Positions 1 through 9,582 are shown, numbered from the stretch's first letter. The stretch is 46,072 nucleotides of DNA from Candidatus Methylomirabilia bacterium (GCA_041492755.1 JBGPXN010000014.1:1-46072); one strand, 5' to 3'. Notes: generated by a model not told the origin, from the sequence alone. Numbers and translations are program-made.

Positions 1-105
1 CCCGAGGGCTGGTCGTTCGTGGAGGCGACGAGCGTCGCCGTCGACAGCAAGGACAACGTGCCGCCCCGGGAGATCCGGTCGCTGCAGAAGTTCGCGCTCG
101 CGTGA
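1..105 (+). pseudogene. 3' part of a short ORF resembling an internally deleted NHL-repeat (PAM-like beta-propeller) protein
   Basis: Frame 1 reads PEGWSFVEATSVAVDSKDNV-PPREIRSLQKFALA*. VAVDSKDNV is an NHL blade motif, followed directly by a C-terminal-like tail. The stop overlaps the GTG of the next gene. The 5' end lies outside the window. Confidence 0.45.
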
Positions 106-578
106 CGCCGAAGGCGAGCTGGGTCCCCCCCGCCTTCGGCGAGTACTTCGCCGGTCTCGAGGAGCAGGGGTATGGGGACGGTGGGCGGCTCTACGACCGG
201 TGTTTCGGCTGCGGTCCCGCCCACCCGACGGGGTTACACGTGCGCTGTTTCCGCACGGCCGACGGCGTCATCGCGCCGATCGTGATCCCGACCGTGTACG
301 AAGGGCCGCCGGGCGCGAGCCACGGCGGCATCGTCGCCGCCTACCTCGACGAGGTGCTGGGCGCGATGGCCGCGCGGGCGAGCGGTCGTCCCGCCGTCAC
401 GGGCGAGATCACCGTGCGGTACGTCAAGCCCGTGCCGCTCGAGATACCGCTCGTGGCCCGTGGATCGCTCGTCGCGACCCACGCGCGCTACGTGGACGTG
501 GAGGCGCGGCTGGAAGAGTTCGGCACCGACCGCCTCCTCGCCACCGCGCGCGGCCGCTTCTTCCCGCTCAGCAGCTAG
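102..578 (+). CDS. PaaI/hotdog-fold thioesterase
   Basis: CFGCG motif, HGG-x-x-x-x-x-DE motif, and VTGEITVRYVKPVP hotdog strand. Confidence 0.85.
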   Translation: MTPKASWVPPAFGEYFAGLEEQGYGDGGRLYDRCFGCGPAHPTGLHVRCFRTADGVIAPIVIPTVYEGPPGASHGGIVAAYLDEVLGAMAARASGRPAVTGEITVRYVKPVPLEIPLVARGSLVATHARYVDVEARLEEFGTDRLLATARGRFFPLSS

Positions 579-608
579 GCCGTGCTACGAGCAGCCAGGT
601 CACGCGCG

Positions 609-1277
609 CTACGCACGCACCCGGAGCGCGAGCACGGGCTGGGCCTTCGGCGTCTCGCGAAAGCGGCAGCGCAGCTCCGAGTGCTCGAGGATCTCCACGT
701 AGGTGCCCATGACCATGCGGTAGTAGTGCGGATGGCGGCCGAGCGGCCCGCCGTTGTATTCGGTGAGCGCCTCGCGGACGGACGGCCGGCGCGTGAGGAT
801 GTCGCGCAGGTAGGCCATGGCGAACCGCGTGCTGACCACGGGGTCGGCGAGGTCGCCGAGATCACGCTTGGTCAAGTTGTTGTTCGGCGTGGTGTTCCTG
901 GCTGGACGGCGGAAGGCGCCGAGGTTGGCCTCGAAGAGCGCGGCCGTGGAGGGCAGGATCTGGAAGAGACCGATCTCGCCGGCCGAGCCGACCGCATCGT
1001 GCTTGAACTCTGACTCGACCTCGGCCTGCGCGAGCGCCAGGCAGTGATCGAGGTTGGTCCGTTGTGCCTCGGCGACCAGGGTCCCCGGGAACTCCCGGAA
1101 TGCCGAGATGGGAGCCTGCGGATTCTTTTCCGCCACGTACTCGAGGATGGCACGATTCAGCCGCTCGGTTTCCACTTCGCCTGCGACCGCCCGCACGTGT
1201 TGGGTTAGCGCCAGTCCGCTCAGGACGATTGCGACGCCAACCGCCAAAATCGCGAGCACTTTGCTGTGTTGGCTCAT
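609..1277 (-). CDS. Lytic transglycosylase (SLT domain) with N-terminal membrane anchor/signal
   Basis: SLT motifs VESEF (catalytic Glu), GLFQI and YNGG. Hydrophobic N-terminus. Strong SD AAGGAGG before ATG at 1277. Confidence 0.85.
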   Translation of the reverse strand: MSQHSKVLAILAVGVAIVLSGLALTQHVRAVAGEVETERLNRAILEYVAEKNPQAPISAFREFPGTLVAEAQRTNLDHCLALAQAEVESEFKHDAVGSAGEIGLFQILPSTAALFEANLGAFRRPARNTTPNNNLTKRDLGDLADPVVSTRFAMAYLRDILTRRPSVREALTEYNGGPLGRHPHYYRMVMGTYVEILEHSELRCRFRETPKAQPVLALRVRA

Positions 1278-1472
1278 GCGTGTCCTCCTTAAGGTTGCTT
1301 GGGCTACTGGACAGGTCGAGCCGGATTGAAAAGGCAGGAGCGAATGAAGTAGGCGAAGTGTGACATCGGAGAGGGAAGTACGCAAGTGATTGTTGCTTCT
1401 ACAACATCGACGCCCCAGCGGCGGGGTTGGACCGCATTCGGGGGGCCATTTTGGCCCCTGCCCGGCCGTCGG

Positions 1473-1760
1473 TCAGGTTCGCGGGGACAGGCCGAGATTC
1501 GGCCGGCGTTTCGGCCGCGGCGGACCCTCCGCGGGGGCCTCCGGTGCCTGGCGTAGCCCTCGACCGAGGGCGTAAAAATCGGCGGCGTTGTTGTCGGTCT
1601 TGCCGCCGACGGCCGTCCCGCACTCGGCGCAGAGGTAGTCGTACTTGTTACCCGTCGGCAGCACCAGCAGCAACCGCCGCCGGGCCTCCGTGGCGCGCTT
1701 GCAGCGCGGACAGAACAGGCTCGTCGCCTCGAATTCCTCGAACGAGTCGCGCGAGGCCAT
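1473..1760 (-). CDS. Small zinc-ribbon protein
   Basis: Two CxxC pairs (CPRC, CAEC) and coding-like codon usage. TACACT hexamer 8 nt upstream of the ATG. Confidence 0.75.
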   Translation of the reverse strand: MASRDSFEEFEATSLFCPRCKRATEARRRLLLVLPTGNKYDYLCAECGTAVGGKTDNNAADFYALGRGLRQAPEAPAEGPPRPKRRPNLGLSPRT

Positions 1761-1858
1761 CAGGCGTGAGTGTACACGAGGCGCAGGCCCGCAGGACGAC
1801 GCCGAGCCCGTGCGGTGCCTCGGCGCTGCCGGGGGATGCGACCGCGCGTGGGACGTCG

Positions 1859-1867
1859 TGATAGGAT
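1859..1867 (+). promoter_or_regulatory. Candidate extended -10 promoter element (TGaTAGGAT) for the cyclase gene
   Basis: TGn-TAnnnT pattern in the divergent intergenic region. Confidence 0.35.
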
Positions 1868-1939
1868 CGGCGCGATCTGCGGCACGTGAGCCGCGTCGAG
1901 GAGGTTCGATGGCGCAGGGGTCCCCGGATCACGCTTGAC

Positions 1940-3523
1940 ATGTTCCGCTCCCGCCTCGCCACCAAGATCACGCTGCTGATCGTGGTCGTGCTCATCATCG
2001 GATTCGGCGCCTCCACGGTGTGGACGATCCGGCGTGAAGCCGACCTGCTCGTGGAGCAGAGCAAGATCTCGGCCCGCCGCCTCACGGCCACGCTGGTCGC
2101 CAGCATCGAAGGCGCCATGCTCCAGGAGCGGCCCGACGTCACCCGCACGGTCGTCCAGGAGTTGAAGACGTCCACTCCGGTGGAGGGCCTCACCATCTAC
2201 CGGCGCAACGGAGTCGAGGCGTTCACCGATCTCACCACCGCGCTCGAGGTGGAGAAGAACGCCGGGCTCGCCAAGGACGTGCTCGAGAACATCCGCAAGA
2301 TGGCCCGGCCTCCCGGCGAGACGATGACCGGGCCACTCTTCACCCGGGCGGTGGAGACGCTCCAGACCCAGGAGTCGCTCGAGACGCGCGACGGCGTCAC
2401 TTTCTTCACGCTCCATCAGCCCGTCGCGAACCAGGAGAAGTGCCAGGGCTGTCACGGCAGCGATCACAAAGTGCGGGCGGTGGTGCGGGTGGCCACTTCG
2501 ATGGAGCCGGTCTTTGCGGAGGTTCGCCGCCACCGGAATCGACAGGCCCTCATCGCCGTGCTGACGATCCTGGCCGCCGGCGCCGTGTTGACGTTCGAGA
2601 TGCGCCGCATCGTGGTGCGCCCCATCGTGTCGCTCGCGCAGGTGGCGCGCCGGGTCGGCGGCGGAGACTTCCAGGCCCGGGCCCCGGTCGTCTCCCGCGA
2701 CGAGATCGGGCAGCTCGGCTCCGCTTTCAACGAGATGACGGAGCGTCTGACCCGGGCCTACGCCGATCTCGAGGGCAAGAACGCGGAGCTCGCCAACGCG
2801 CTCCAGAACCTGCAGGAGTCGCGCGAGCGATTGCAGCTGCTGGAGCAGCTCAAGGGCGAGCTGTCCAAGTTCGTGCCCGAATCCGTCAAGAAGCTCCTCG
2901 AGCAGAACCCGAATGCCATCGAGCTGGAGAAGAAGACCGTCGAGGTCTCGGTGCTGTTCCTGGACATTGCCGGCTACACGAAGCTCTCCGAGCAGCTCGA
3001 CCCGAAGAAGCTCAACCAGCTCGTGCAGACGTACTTCTCGAGCTTCCTCGAGATCATCCAGAAGCACCACGGCGACATCAACGAGACGGCCGGCGACGGC
3101 CTCATGGTCATCTTCCAGGCCGACCGGGCCACCGCCACCGATCATGCGCTCAACGCCACCCGCGCCGCCTTCGACATCCGGCAGCGCACGACCGCGCTGA
3201 ACGAGGAGTACGGCGGCGTCTTCCCGCCCGTGCAGCTCCACATGGGGATCAACACCGGAGAGGCGCTGGTGGGCGCCACCAAGCTCGGCGGCGCCGGCGC
3301 CCAGCGCTGGACGTTCACCGCCACCGGGCCCGTCACCAACGTCGCCGCCCGCTTCGCCGGCTCCGCGGAGGGAGGCGAGATCGTCGTCGGACCCACCACC
3401 TCCGATCGCATCAAGAACTACTTCGTGCTGGAGAGCCTCGGCGCGCGGACCTTCAAGAACGTGTCGCAGCCGATCAACGTGTTCCGCGTGATTCCGCCGG
3501 GAGTATACGAGAAGATCGCGTAG
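1940..3523 (+). CDS. Membrane class III adenylate/guanylate cyclase: TM - periplasmic heme-c (CQGCH) sensor - TM - HAMP - cyclase
   Basis: Two TM helices flank a domain with CxxCH at 2441-2455. HAMP motif DEIGQLGSAFNEM. Cyclase motifs FLDIAGYT, ETAGDG, GINTGE and NVAAR. An alternative GTG start exists at 1886. Confidence 0.88.
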   Translation: MFRSRLATKITLLIVVVLIIGFGASTVWTIRREADLLVEQSKISARRLTATLVASIEGAMLQERPDVTRTVVQELKTSTPVEGLTIYRRNGVEAFTDLTTALEVEKNAGLAKDVLENIRKMARPPGETMTGPLFTRAVETLQTQESLETRDGVTFFTLHQPVANQEKCQGCHGSDHKVRAVVRVATSMEPVFAEVRRHRNRQALIAVLTILAAGAVLTFEMRRIVVRPIVSLAQVARRVGGGDFQARAPVVSRDEIGQLGSAFNEMTERLTRAYADLEGKNAELANALQNLQESRERLQLLEQLKGELSKFVPESVKKLLEQNPNAIELEKKTVEVSVLFLDIAGYTKLSEQLDPKKLNQLVQTYFSSFLEIIQKHHGDINETAGDGLMVIFQADRATATDHALNATRAAFDIRQRTTALNEEYGGVFPPVQLHMGINTGEALVGATKLGGAGAQRWTFTATGPVTNVAARFAGSAEGGEIVVGPTTSDRIKNYFVLESLGARTFKNVSQPINVFRVIPPGVYEKIA

Positions 3524-3604
3524 CGCTCTCCCCGCGCGCACCCTCGCAACCTGATCGGACGAAGGGGGTCGGGTGGATCGACGCGAGGTCAGTGGGGGCG
3601 AGGT

Positions 3605-4969
3605 TCATTCGTCCTCGGGCGGCTCGCTCTCGCGCTCGAACATCCGATAGAGCGTCCGGCGATCGATCCCGAGGATGTCGGCCGCGCGCTGCTTGTTCCC
3701 CTCCGTGTGCTCGAGCACGCGGTCCACGTACCAGCGCCGCAGCTCCTCGAGCGTCATCCATCGCGCGGGGAGCTCGGGCGGCGGCGCGGGGGTGGGCCGG
3801 ACCTCGGGCGGGAGGTTCTCGGGCAGGATCAGCTCCGACGACGCGAGCGCCACTGCGCGCTCGACGACGTGCTCGAGCTCCCGGACGTTCCCCGGCCAGT
3901 CGTGGTCGGCGAGCAGGGCCAGTGTCTCGGGCGCGAAGCCGCTCACCGGCGTGCCGCTCGCCTGCCGGTACTTCGCGAGGAAGTGCTGGGCGAGGAGGGG
4001 GATGTCCAGCGGCCGGTCCCGGAGCGCCGGGACGCGAACGGTGACGACGTTGAGCCGGTAGTACAGGTCCTCGCGGAACTCGCCGTCCTCGACGCGCTTC
4101 CGCAGGTCCCGGTTGGTGGCGGCGATGAGGCGGAGGTCGACGGGGATGGTCTCGTTGCTGCCGACGCGGCGCACAACCCGCTCCTGGAGCACCCGGAGGA
4201 GCTTTGCCTGGAGCGCGGGCAACAGCTCGCCCACCTCGTCGAGAAAGCAGGTGCCACCGCTCGCCGTCTCGAGCAGCCCTCGCCGCGTGCGCACGGCGCC
4301 GGTGAAGGCGCCGCGCTCGTGCCCGAAGAGCTCGGACTCGAACAGCGCTTCCGGGAGCGCGGTGCAGTCGACGACGACGAACGGACCGGCGCCCCGCGGG
4401 CCGGCGTAGTGGATGGCCCGCGCGATCATCTCCTTGCCCGTCCCCGTCTCCCCCTGGATCAGCACGGTCGTGTCGAGCCGGGCGACCCGCGCGACCGTCT
4501 TATAGATGGCCAGCATCCCCGGGGCCTGGCCGACAAAGTTCTCGACGCGGTAGCGCTCGCGCAGCTCCTCGCGGTACTGACGGTTCTCGCGGACGAGCCG
4601 CCGGACCTCCAGCGCCCGCCGAACGGTGACCTCGATCTCCTCGACCCGGAGCGGCTTGCTGAGGTAGTCCCACGCGCCGGCCTGGATCGCCTCGATCGCG
4701 GTCTCCATCGTCACGAAGGCCGTGAGGATGAGGACGGGCACCCCGGGCTGCAGCGTCGCGAGGCGTTTGAGCACGTCGATCCCGTCGAGGTCGGGCATCC
4801 GGAGATCCACCAGCGCCAGGTCGAATGCCTCGGTCTCGGCGACCCGCACGCACTCCTCGCCCCCGCTGACCGCGCGCACCTGGTAGCCCTCGCGCACGAG
4901 CACCTCGGCCAGGAAGTCACGCACCACGGGATCGTCGTCGGCCACGAGCAGGACCGGGCTCGCCGTCAT
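3605..4969 (-). CDS. Sigma54-dependent response regulator (NtrC/AtoC family)
   Basis: Receiver domain (DD...DLRMP...K), Walker A GETGTGKE, GAFTGA, WPGNVREL and a Fis-type HTH. Confidence 0.95.
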   Translation of the reverse strand: MTASPVLLVADDDPVVRDFLAEVLVREGYQVRAVSGGEECVRVAETEAFDLALVDLRMPDLDGIDVLKRLATLQPGVPVLILTAFVTMETAIEAIQAGAWDYLSKPLRVEEIEVTVRRALEVRRLVRENRQYREELRERYRVENFVGQAPGMLAIYKTVARVARLDTTVLIQGETGTGKEMIARAIHYAGPRGAGPFVVVDCTALPEALFESELFGHERGAFTGAVRTRRGLLETASGGTCFLDEVGELLPALQAKLLRVLQERVVRRVGSNETIPVDLRLIAATNRDLRKRVEDGEFREDLYYRLNVVTVRVPALRDRPLDIPLLAQHFLAKYRQASGTPVSGFAPETLALLADHDWPGNVRELEHVVERAVALASSELILPENLPPEVRPTPAPPPELPARWMTLEELRRWYVDRVLEHTEGNKQRAADILGIDRRTLYRMFERESEPPEDE

Positions 4970-6495
4970 GCCACGGCTCCGGCGGCGGGCAGCCGGACGG
5001 TGAAGGTGCTGCCGCGTCGCTCTTCGCTCGTCACGTCGATGCGGCCCTTGTGCTCGCGGACGATCTGCGACGAGATGAAGAGTCCCAGGCCCGTGCCGCG
5101 GTCGGGGTCCTTGGTGGAGAAGAACGGCTCGAAGATCTGCTTGATGTCCGCGGCCGGGATCCCACGGCCGGAGTCGGCGATCTCCAGCTCGACGTGGGTG
5201 TCGCCGGCGACGGACCGGGTGGCGACCCGTATCGTCCCGCCGGGCGGCGTGGCGTCCATCGCGTTGGTGAAGAGGTTGAGCACGACCTGCTGGAGGCGGC
5301 TCGGGTGGCCGCTCACGCCGGGGATGGGCAGGGTCGGCTCGATCTCGAGCGTGACGCCGGCCGCGACGAGACTGGGGCGCGCGAGCTCCGCCGTGTCACG
5401 CACGAGCCGGTTCAGATCGACGGACACCGGCTCGCCGGGATGGCGTCGGGTCAGCCCGAGCAGCTGGGTGATGATCTCGGTCACGCGGGCGAGCTGGCTC
5501 TGGATGATCGCGAAGTGCCGCGTCACCGGCTCGCGCAGCACGTCGGGCGGGAGATCCTTCCGGAGGAGCTGGACGTGGCCCGCCACGGACTGTAGCGGCG
5601 CGCCCACCTCGTGCGCGACCTCGGCCATGATCTGCCCGGCCAGGGCCAGGCGCTCGGCGTGGCTCAGGTTGCGCTGCATCCGAAAGAGCGCCTCGTGCAG
5701 GCGCTCCACCTCGCGGTAGCGCTCTTCCGCCTCTCCCGTCGCCTGCTTGACGCGCGCTTGGAGCTCCTCGTTGAAGGTCCGCAGGCGCGCCATCATCTCG
5801 TTGAAGTGCTCGGCGAGCACCCCGAACTCGTCGGTCGTGGCAAGGTTGACGGCGGCCGACTGGTCGCCCCGCTGCACGCGCCGGATCGCCTCCAGGAAGC
5901 GCCGGATGGGACGGTTTACCACGACGTGCACCGCCACGGTCATGAGGAGTCCCATCACGACGACGGAGACGGCCGTCAGCGCGAGCGCCCAGTTGCGGGT
6001 TCGCGCGGCGAGGGCGTCCGTGCGATCGAACGAGAACTTGACGGCGACGGCGCCGGCCACCGCGTCCTCGATGCTCACGGGCGCCATGATCTCCCAGTAC
6101 CGTCCCCGATGATCGGACGCCAGCCTCGACACGACCTTGCCGCGGCGGACCTGGTCGGCGTCCGCCCGCGTGAACGGCAGGCGGGTGCGCGGGTCGCTGG
6201 TCGCCGCGATCTGGGCGGCCTCGTCGCCGAAGGCGATGATGTCGAGCTGCAGCACGCTCCGCCGCACGCCCATGATCTGCCGGATCTGCCGCTCGAGCCG
6301 CCCGACGTTCTGGAGCGCGCGACGGTCGCCGATCGACGCGGCGACTTCCCGCGCGAAGAAGACGGCCCGCGCCTGCAGGTCTTCCTCGACCGCTTTCCGG
6401 GACAGCGCGAGCTGGAGCAGGGTGAAGCCGAAGGACACCACGACGACGATGGCGAGACCGCCGAGCACCAGCTTCTGCCGCAGCCCGAGCCGCAT
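4966..6495 (-). CDS. Membrane sensor histidine kinase with HAMP domain
   Basis: Two TM helices, HAMP, H-box AHEV, N-box NLFTNAMDA, G-boxes DSGRG and GTGLGL. The stop overlaps the regulator start. The start could be 6513. Confidence 0.92.
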   Translation of the reverse strand: MRLGLRQKLVLGGLAIVVVVSFGFTLLQLALSRKAVEEDLQARAVFFAREVAASIGDRRALQNVGRLERQIRQIMGVRRSVLQLDIIAFGDEAAQIAATSDPRTRLPFTRADADQVRRGKVVSRLASDHRGRYWEIMAPVSIEDAVAGAVAVKFSFDRTDALAARTRNWALALTAVSVVVMGLLMTVAVHVVVNRPIRRFLEAIRRVQRGDQSAAVNLATTDEFGVLAEHFNEMMARLRTFNEELQARVKQATGEAEERYREVERLHEALFRMQRNLSHAERLALAGQIMAEVAHEVGAPLQSVAGHVQLLRKDLPPDVLREPVTRHFAIIQSQLARVTEIITQLLGLTRRHPGEPVSVDLNRLVRDTAELARPSLVAAGVTLEIEPTLPIPGVSGHPSRLQQVVLNLFTNAMDATPPGGTIRVATRSVAGDTHVELEIADSGRGIPAADIKQIFEPFFSTKDPDRGTGLGLFISSQIVREHKGRIDVTSEERRGSTFTVRLPAAGAVA

Positions 6496-6644
6496 GTCGC
6501 TCACATGTACCACATCTTCGGGGCCGGCTGCCTCGCGTGGCCGGACGCTCCCGGAGCAGCTCGAGGGCGAGCCGTGCCCGTTCGTGCCGGAATCGGACGG
6601 CGGTTATCCTGAGGTTCGTGGATGGTGGGGAGGGCGCCGGGCGG

Positions 6645-7619
6645 ATGGCGGTCGAACGGGCGGCGGTGCGGGTCGGCATTTGCTCGTGGGCGGATTCCGC
6701 GCTCATCGAGGACGGCTCCTTCTATCCCAAGCGATCGATGAGCGCGGAGGCCCGCTTGCGCTACTACGCCTCTGTCTTCGACACCGTGGAGGTGAACTCC
6801 GCCTACTACGCGATCCCGGATGCGCGGCACGCGAAGTCGTGGTCGGAGCGGACGCCGCCGGGGTTCACCTTCCACGTCAAGGCGTACTCGCTCATGACCG
6901 GCCACCATCCGCGGCCGCAGACGCTCCCGGCCGAGCTGAAGGCGCTGCTGCCGGTCCGCCCGCGCACGACGCGCCGGGGCGAGATCGAAACGGCCAACTT
7001 CCCGCGCGAAGCGCTCGACGCCGCCTTCGTGATCTATCGCGCGGCGCTCGCGCCGCTGGCCGCCGCCGGCAAGCTCGGCTACGTGCTCTTCCAGTTCGCG
7101 CCGTGGGTGCGCTTCGCGCCGGCGCGGCTCGAGTACCTCGCCTCGTTGCCGACGCGGCTGCCGGGCTGGCGGCTGGCCGTGGAGTTCCGCGATCGCTCGT
7201 GGTTCCCCGACCACGCCGGCGAGACGTTGGCGGCGCTGCGAGCGGCCGGGCTGACGCACGTCGTCGTCGATGGTCCGGTGTCGGCGGGCGCGGTGCCGCG
7301 CGTGCCGGCGGTGACGGCGCCGCTGGCCGTGCTGCGCCTGCACGGGCGCAACGCCGAGGGCTGGCTCAAGCAGCTCCGCGGCGAAGAGCCGTCCGTGCGC
7401 GAGAAGTACGACTACCTCTATGGCGAGGACGAGCTGCGCGCACTCCTGCCCGAGGTCGATGGGCTCGGCGGGGAAGCGAGCGAGGTGCACGTCATGTTCA
7501 ACAACAACAATCGCGCGTTCCCCGTGCAGAACGCGCTGATGATGCGCCGGCTGCTCGGGCACCCCGTCCTCCCGCCGCCGCCCTCGTCCGACGCCTTGCC
7601 GCGCGACCTGTTTGCCTGA
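6645..7619 (+). CDS. DUF72 (YecE-like) TIM-barrel protein
   Basis: Motifs RVGICSW, YASVFDTVEVNS, FHVKA, LFQF, VEFR, RLHGRN, YDYLY and FNNN. Confidence 0.9.
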   Translation: MAVERAAVRVGICSWADSALIEDGSFYPKRSMSAEARLRYYASVFDTVEVNSAYYAIPDARHAKSWSERTPPGFTFHVKAYSLMTGHHPRPQTLPAELKALLPVRPRTTRRGEIETANFPREALDAAFVIYRAALAPLAAAGKLGYVLFQFAPWVRFAPARLEYLASLPTRLPGWRLAVEFRDRSWFPDHAGETLAALRAAGLTHVVVDGPVSAGAVPRVPAVTAPLAVLRLHGRNAEGWLKQLRGEEPSVREKYDYLYGEDELRALLPEVDGLGGEASEVHVMFNNNNRAFPVQNALMMRRLLGHPVLPPPPSSDALPRDLFA

Positions 7620-7631
7620 GATAGTCCGGGC

Positions 7632-8651
7632 ATGACGACTTCCGCGCCGCCCATTCCCCGGGTGGAGTTGGCGTTCGGGCCCACGCCGCTGCTGCACCTC
7701 GAGCGTCTGTCGCGCGAGCTCGGCGTGGAATTGTGGATCAAGCGCGACGACCTCACCGGCCTGCTCGAGAGCGGGAACGAGATCCGCAAGCTGGAGTTCC
7801 TCGTGGGCGAGGCGCTCGCGCAGAACGCGGACACGCTGGTGACGTGTGGCCGCCTGCAATCCGACGGCTGTCGCGCGGTGGCGGCGGTGGCGGCCCGCCT
7901 CGGTCTCAAGGCGGTGCTCGCGGTGAAAGGCGCGCGGCCGGAGGAGGACGACGGCAACTATCTGCTCGACCGGCTGCTCGGCGCTGACGTCCACTGCTTT
8001 TCCGACGACGAGTGGACGCGCATCGACGAGAGACTTCAAGATCTCGCCGTCGGCGTCCGGCGTCGTGGGGGCGTGCCGTACCTGATCCCCGAGAGCGGCG
8101 CCTCCGTGGCGGGTGCCCTCGGCTACTTCGTTTGCGGTCAGGAGCTGACGGCGCAAATCCATCACGGAGCCCCCGCCTTCGACAGCGTGGTCATCACCGC
8201 GTTCAGCGGCGCCAGCCAGGCCGGCCTGCTGATGGCGCGGCAGCTCGCCGGGCTGGCCAGCGACGTCGTGGGCATTCCGATCGCGCGCTCGGCGAGCGAG
8301 GTCCGCGCGGCCGTGGTCGGGCTCCTCGAGGCGGCGCGGCGCCGCTACGGTCTTGGCCTGCGGGTGCCGGACGACGTCCGGCTGCTCGACGGCTATCAGG
8401 CCGGCGGTGATGGCGGCGTTTCGCCCGAGGTGTTGCGGACGGTGGTGATGGTGGCGCGCCAGGAAGGCGTCGTTCTGGATCCGCAGTCCACGGGCACGGC
8501 CTTCGCCGGACTGGTCGACACGCTTCGCCGCGATCCCCATGCGCTCGGCCGCCGCGTGTGTTTCGTGCACACGGGCGGCATCTTCAGCCTGTTCCCCTTC
8601 CGGCGGGCGCTGCGCCGGCTGATGGACGATGACGCTCTGGTAGAATCCTAG
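7632..8651 (+). CDS. D-cysteine desulfhydrase/ACC deaminase family protein with degenerate active site
   Basis: PTPL, IKRDD and FVHTGG are retained, but GNK reads GNE, QSN reads QSD, and DPxYTxKA reads DPQSTGTA. Confidence 0.8.
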   Translation: MTTSAPPIPRVELAFGPTPLLHLERLSRELGVELWIKRDDLTGLLESGNEIRKLEFLVGEALAQNADTLVTCGRLQSDGCRAVAAVAARLGLKAVLAVKGARPEEDDGNYLLDRLLGADVHCFSDDEWTRIDERLQDLAVGVRRRGGVPYLIPESGASVAGALGYFVCGQELTAQIHHGAPAFDSVVITAFSGASQAGLLMARQLAGLASDVVGIPIARSASEVRAAVVGLLEAARRRYGLGLRVPDDVRLLDGYQAGGDGGVSPEVLRTVVMVARQEGVVLDPQSTGTAFAGLVDTLRRDPHALGRRVCFVHTGGIFSLFPFRRALRRLMDDDALVES

Positions 8652-8654
8652 CCC

Positions 8655-9512
8655 ATGCCGGAGCTTCGTCTGTCGGGCGGAGACGTCGACGGTCTCCTCG
8701 TCAACTACCTGGTGGAAGGGCCGCCGCGCGGCCCGGCCGTCGTGCTCATCCACGGCCTCGGCGGATTCGCCGAGACGTGGCGCCTGAACATCGCGCCCCT
8801 CGCCGAGCGGGCGACCGTGTACGCGCTCGACCTGCCCGGGTTCGGCCGGTCGGGGAAACCCCGCGCGCGCTATGGGCTGACGTTCTTCGCCCGGGCCGTG
8901 CACGGGTTCCTGGACGCGCTGCGGATCCCCCACGCCTCGCTCGTCGGTCACTCGCTCGGCGGCGCCGTCGCCATGACGTATGCGCTCATCCATCCCACCC
9001 GCGTGGAGCGGCTGGCCCTCATCGCGTCGATCGTGCCCGGTTTCTCGTATCGCCCCTCGTGGATCTTCCGCTTGCTCATGCTGCCTGGGGTGGGGGAGAC
9101 GCTCGCGCTGTGCGGCTCCGCCCGGGTCTACAAGGCCGCGCTCGCGCGCTGCTTCCACCGGGCCGTCCAGGACGAGATCGACTTCTTCGTCGACGGCTTC
9201 TACGCGGAGCGCACGGCGTGGATCGCGCGCGCGGCGTACCTCAGCACGCTCCGCGAAGTGCGCCGCGACTTCGAGATCCGCGCCGCCGACTACCGCCGGG
9301 TGATGGCGACGTTCGGTAGCCCGGTGTTGCTGATCCACGGACGGCAGGACCCCGTGGTGCCGACGGACCACTGTGAAGACATCGCCCGCGGCGTGCCGCG
9401 CGCGGCCGTGCGGTGGCTCGAGGACTGCGGTCACTTCCCGCAGGTCGAGCATCCTCAGGTCGTCAACGACCTGCTTGCAGAGTTCGTGGCGGGTCGCCCG
9501 GCTCCGCGGTGA
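8655..9512 (+). CDS. Alpha/beta-fold hydrolase
   Basis: HG oxyanion motif, DLPGFG, nucleophile GHSLG, and catalytic D (GRQD) and H (CGHFP). Confidence 0.9.
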   Translation: MPELRLSGGDVDGLLVNYLVEGPPRGPAVVLIHGLGGFAETWRLNIAPLAERATVYALDLPGFGRSGKPRARYGLTFFARAVHGFLDALRIPHASLVGHSLGGAVAMTYALIHPTRVERLALIASIVPGFSYRPSWIFRLLMLPGVGETLALCGSARVYKAALARCFHRAVQDEIDFFVDGFYAERTAWIARAAYLSTLREVRRDFEIRAADYRRVMATFGSPVLLIHGRQDPVVPTDHCEDIARGVPRAAVRWLEDCGHFPQVEHPQVVNDLLAEFVAGRPAPR

Positions 9513-9582
9513 GCGGGCTCGGCGTCGTCGATGCCCGAGGCCGGGCCGCGATCGATCCCGGAGCGAGAAAGCTGAGAAGCCG

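Noticed and set aside
1148..1161. TGGCAC as a sigma54 -24 element for the NtrC-type regulator
   Set aside because: It lies inside a coding region and lacks TTGC at -12. No convincing sigma54 promoter was spotted in the window.
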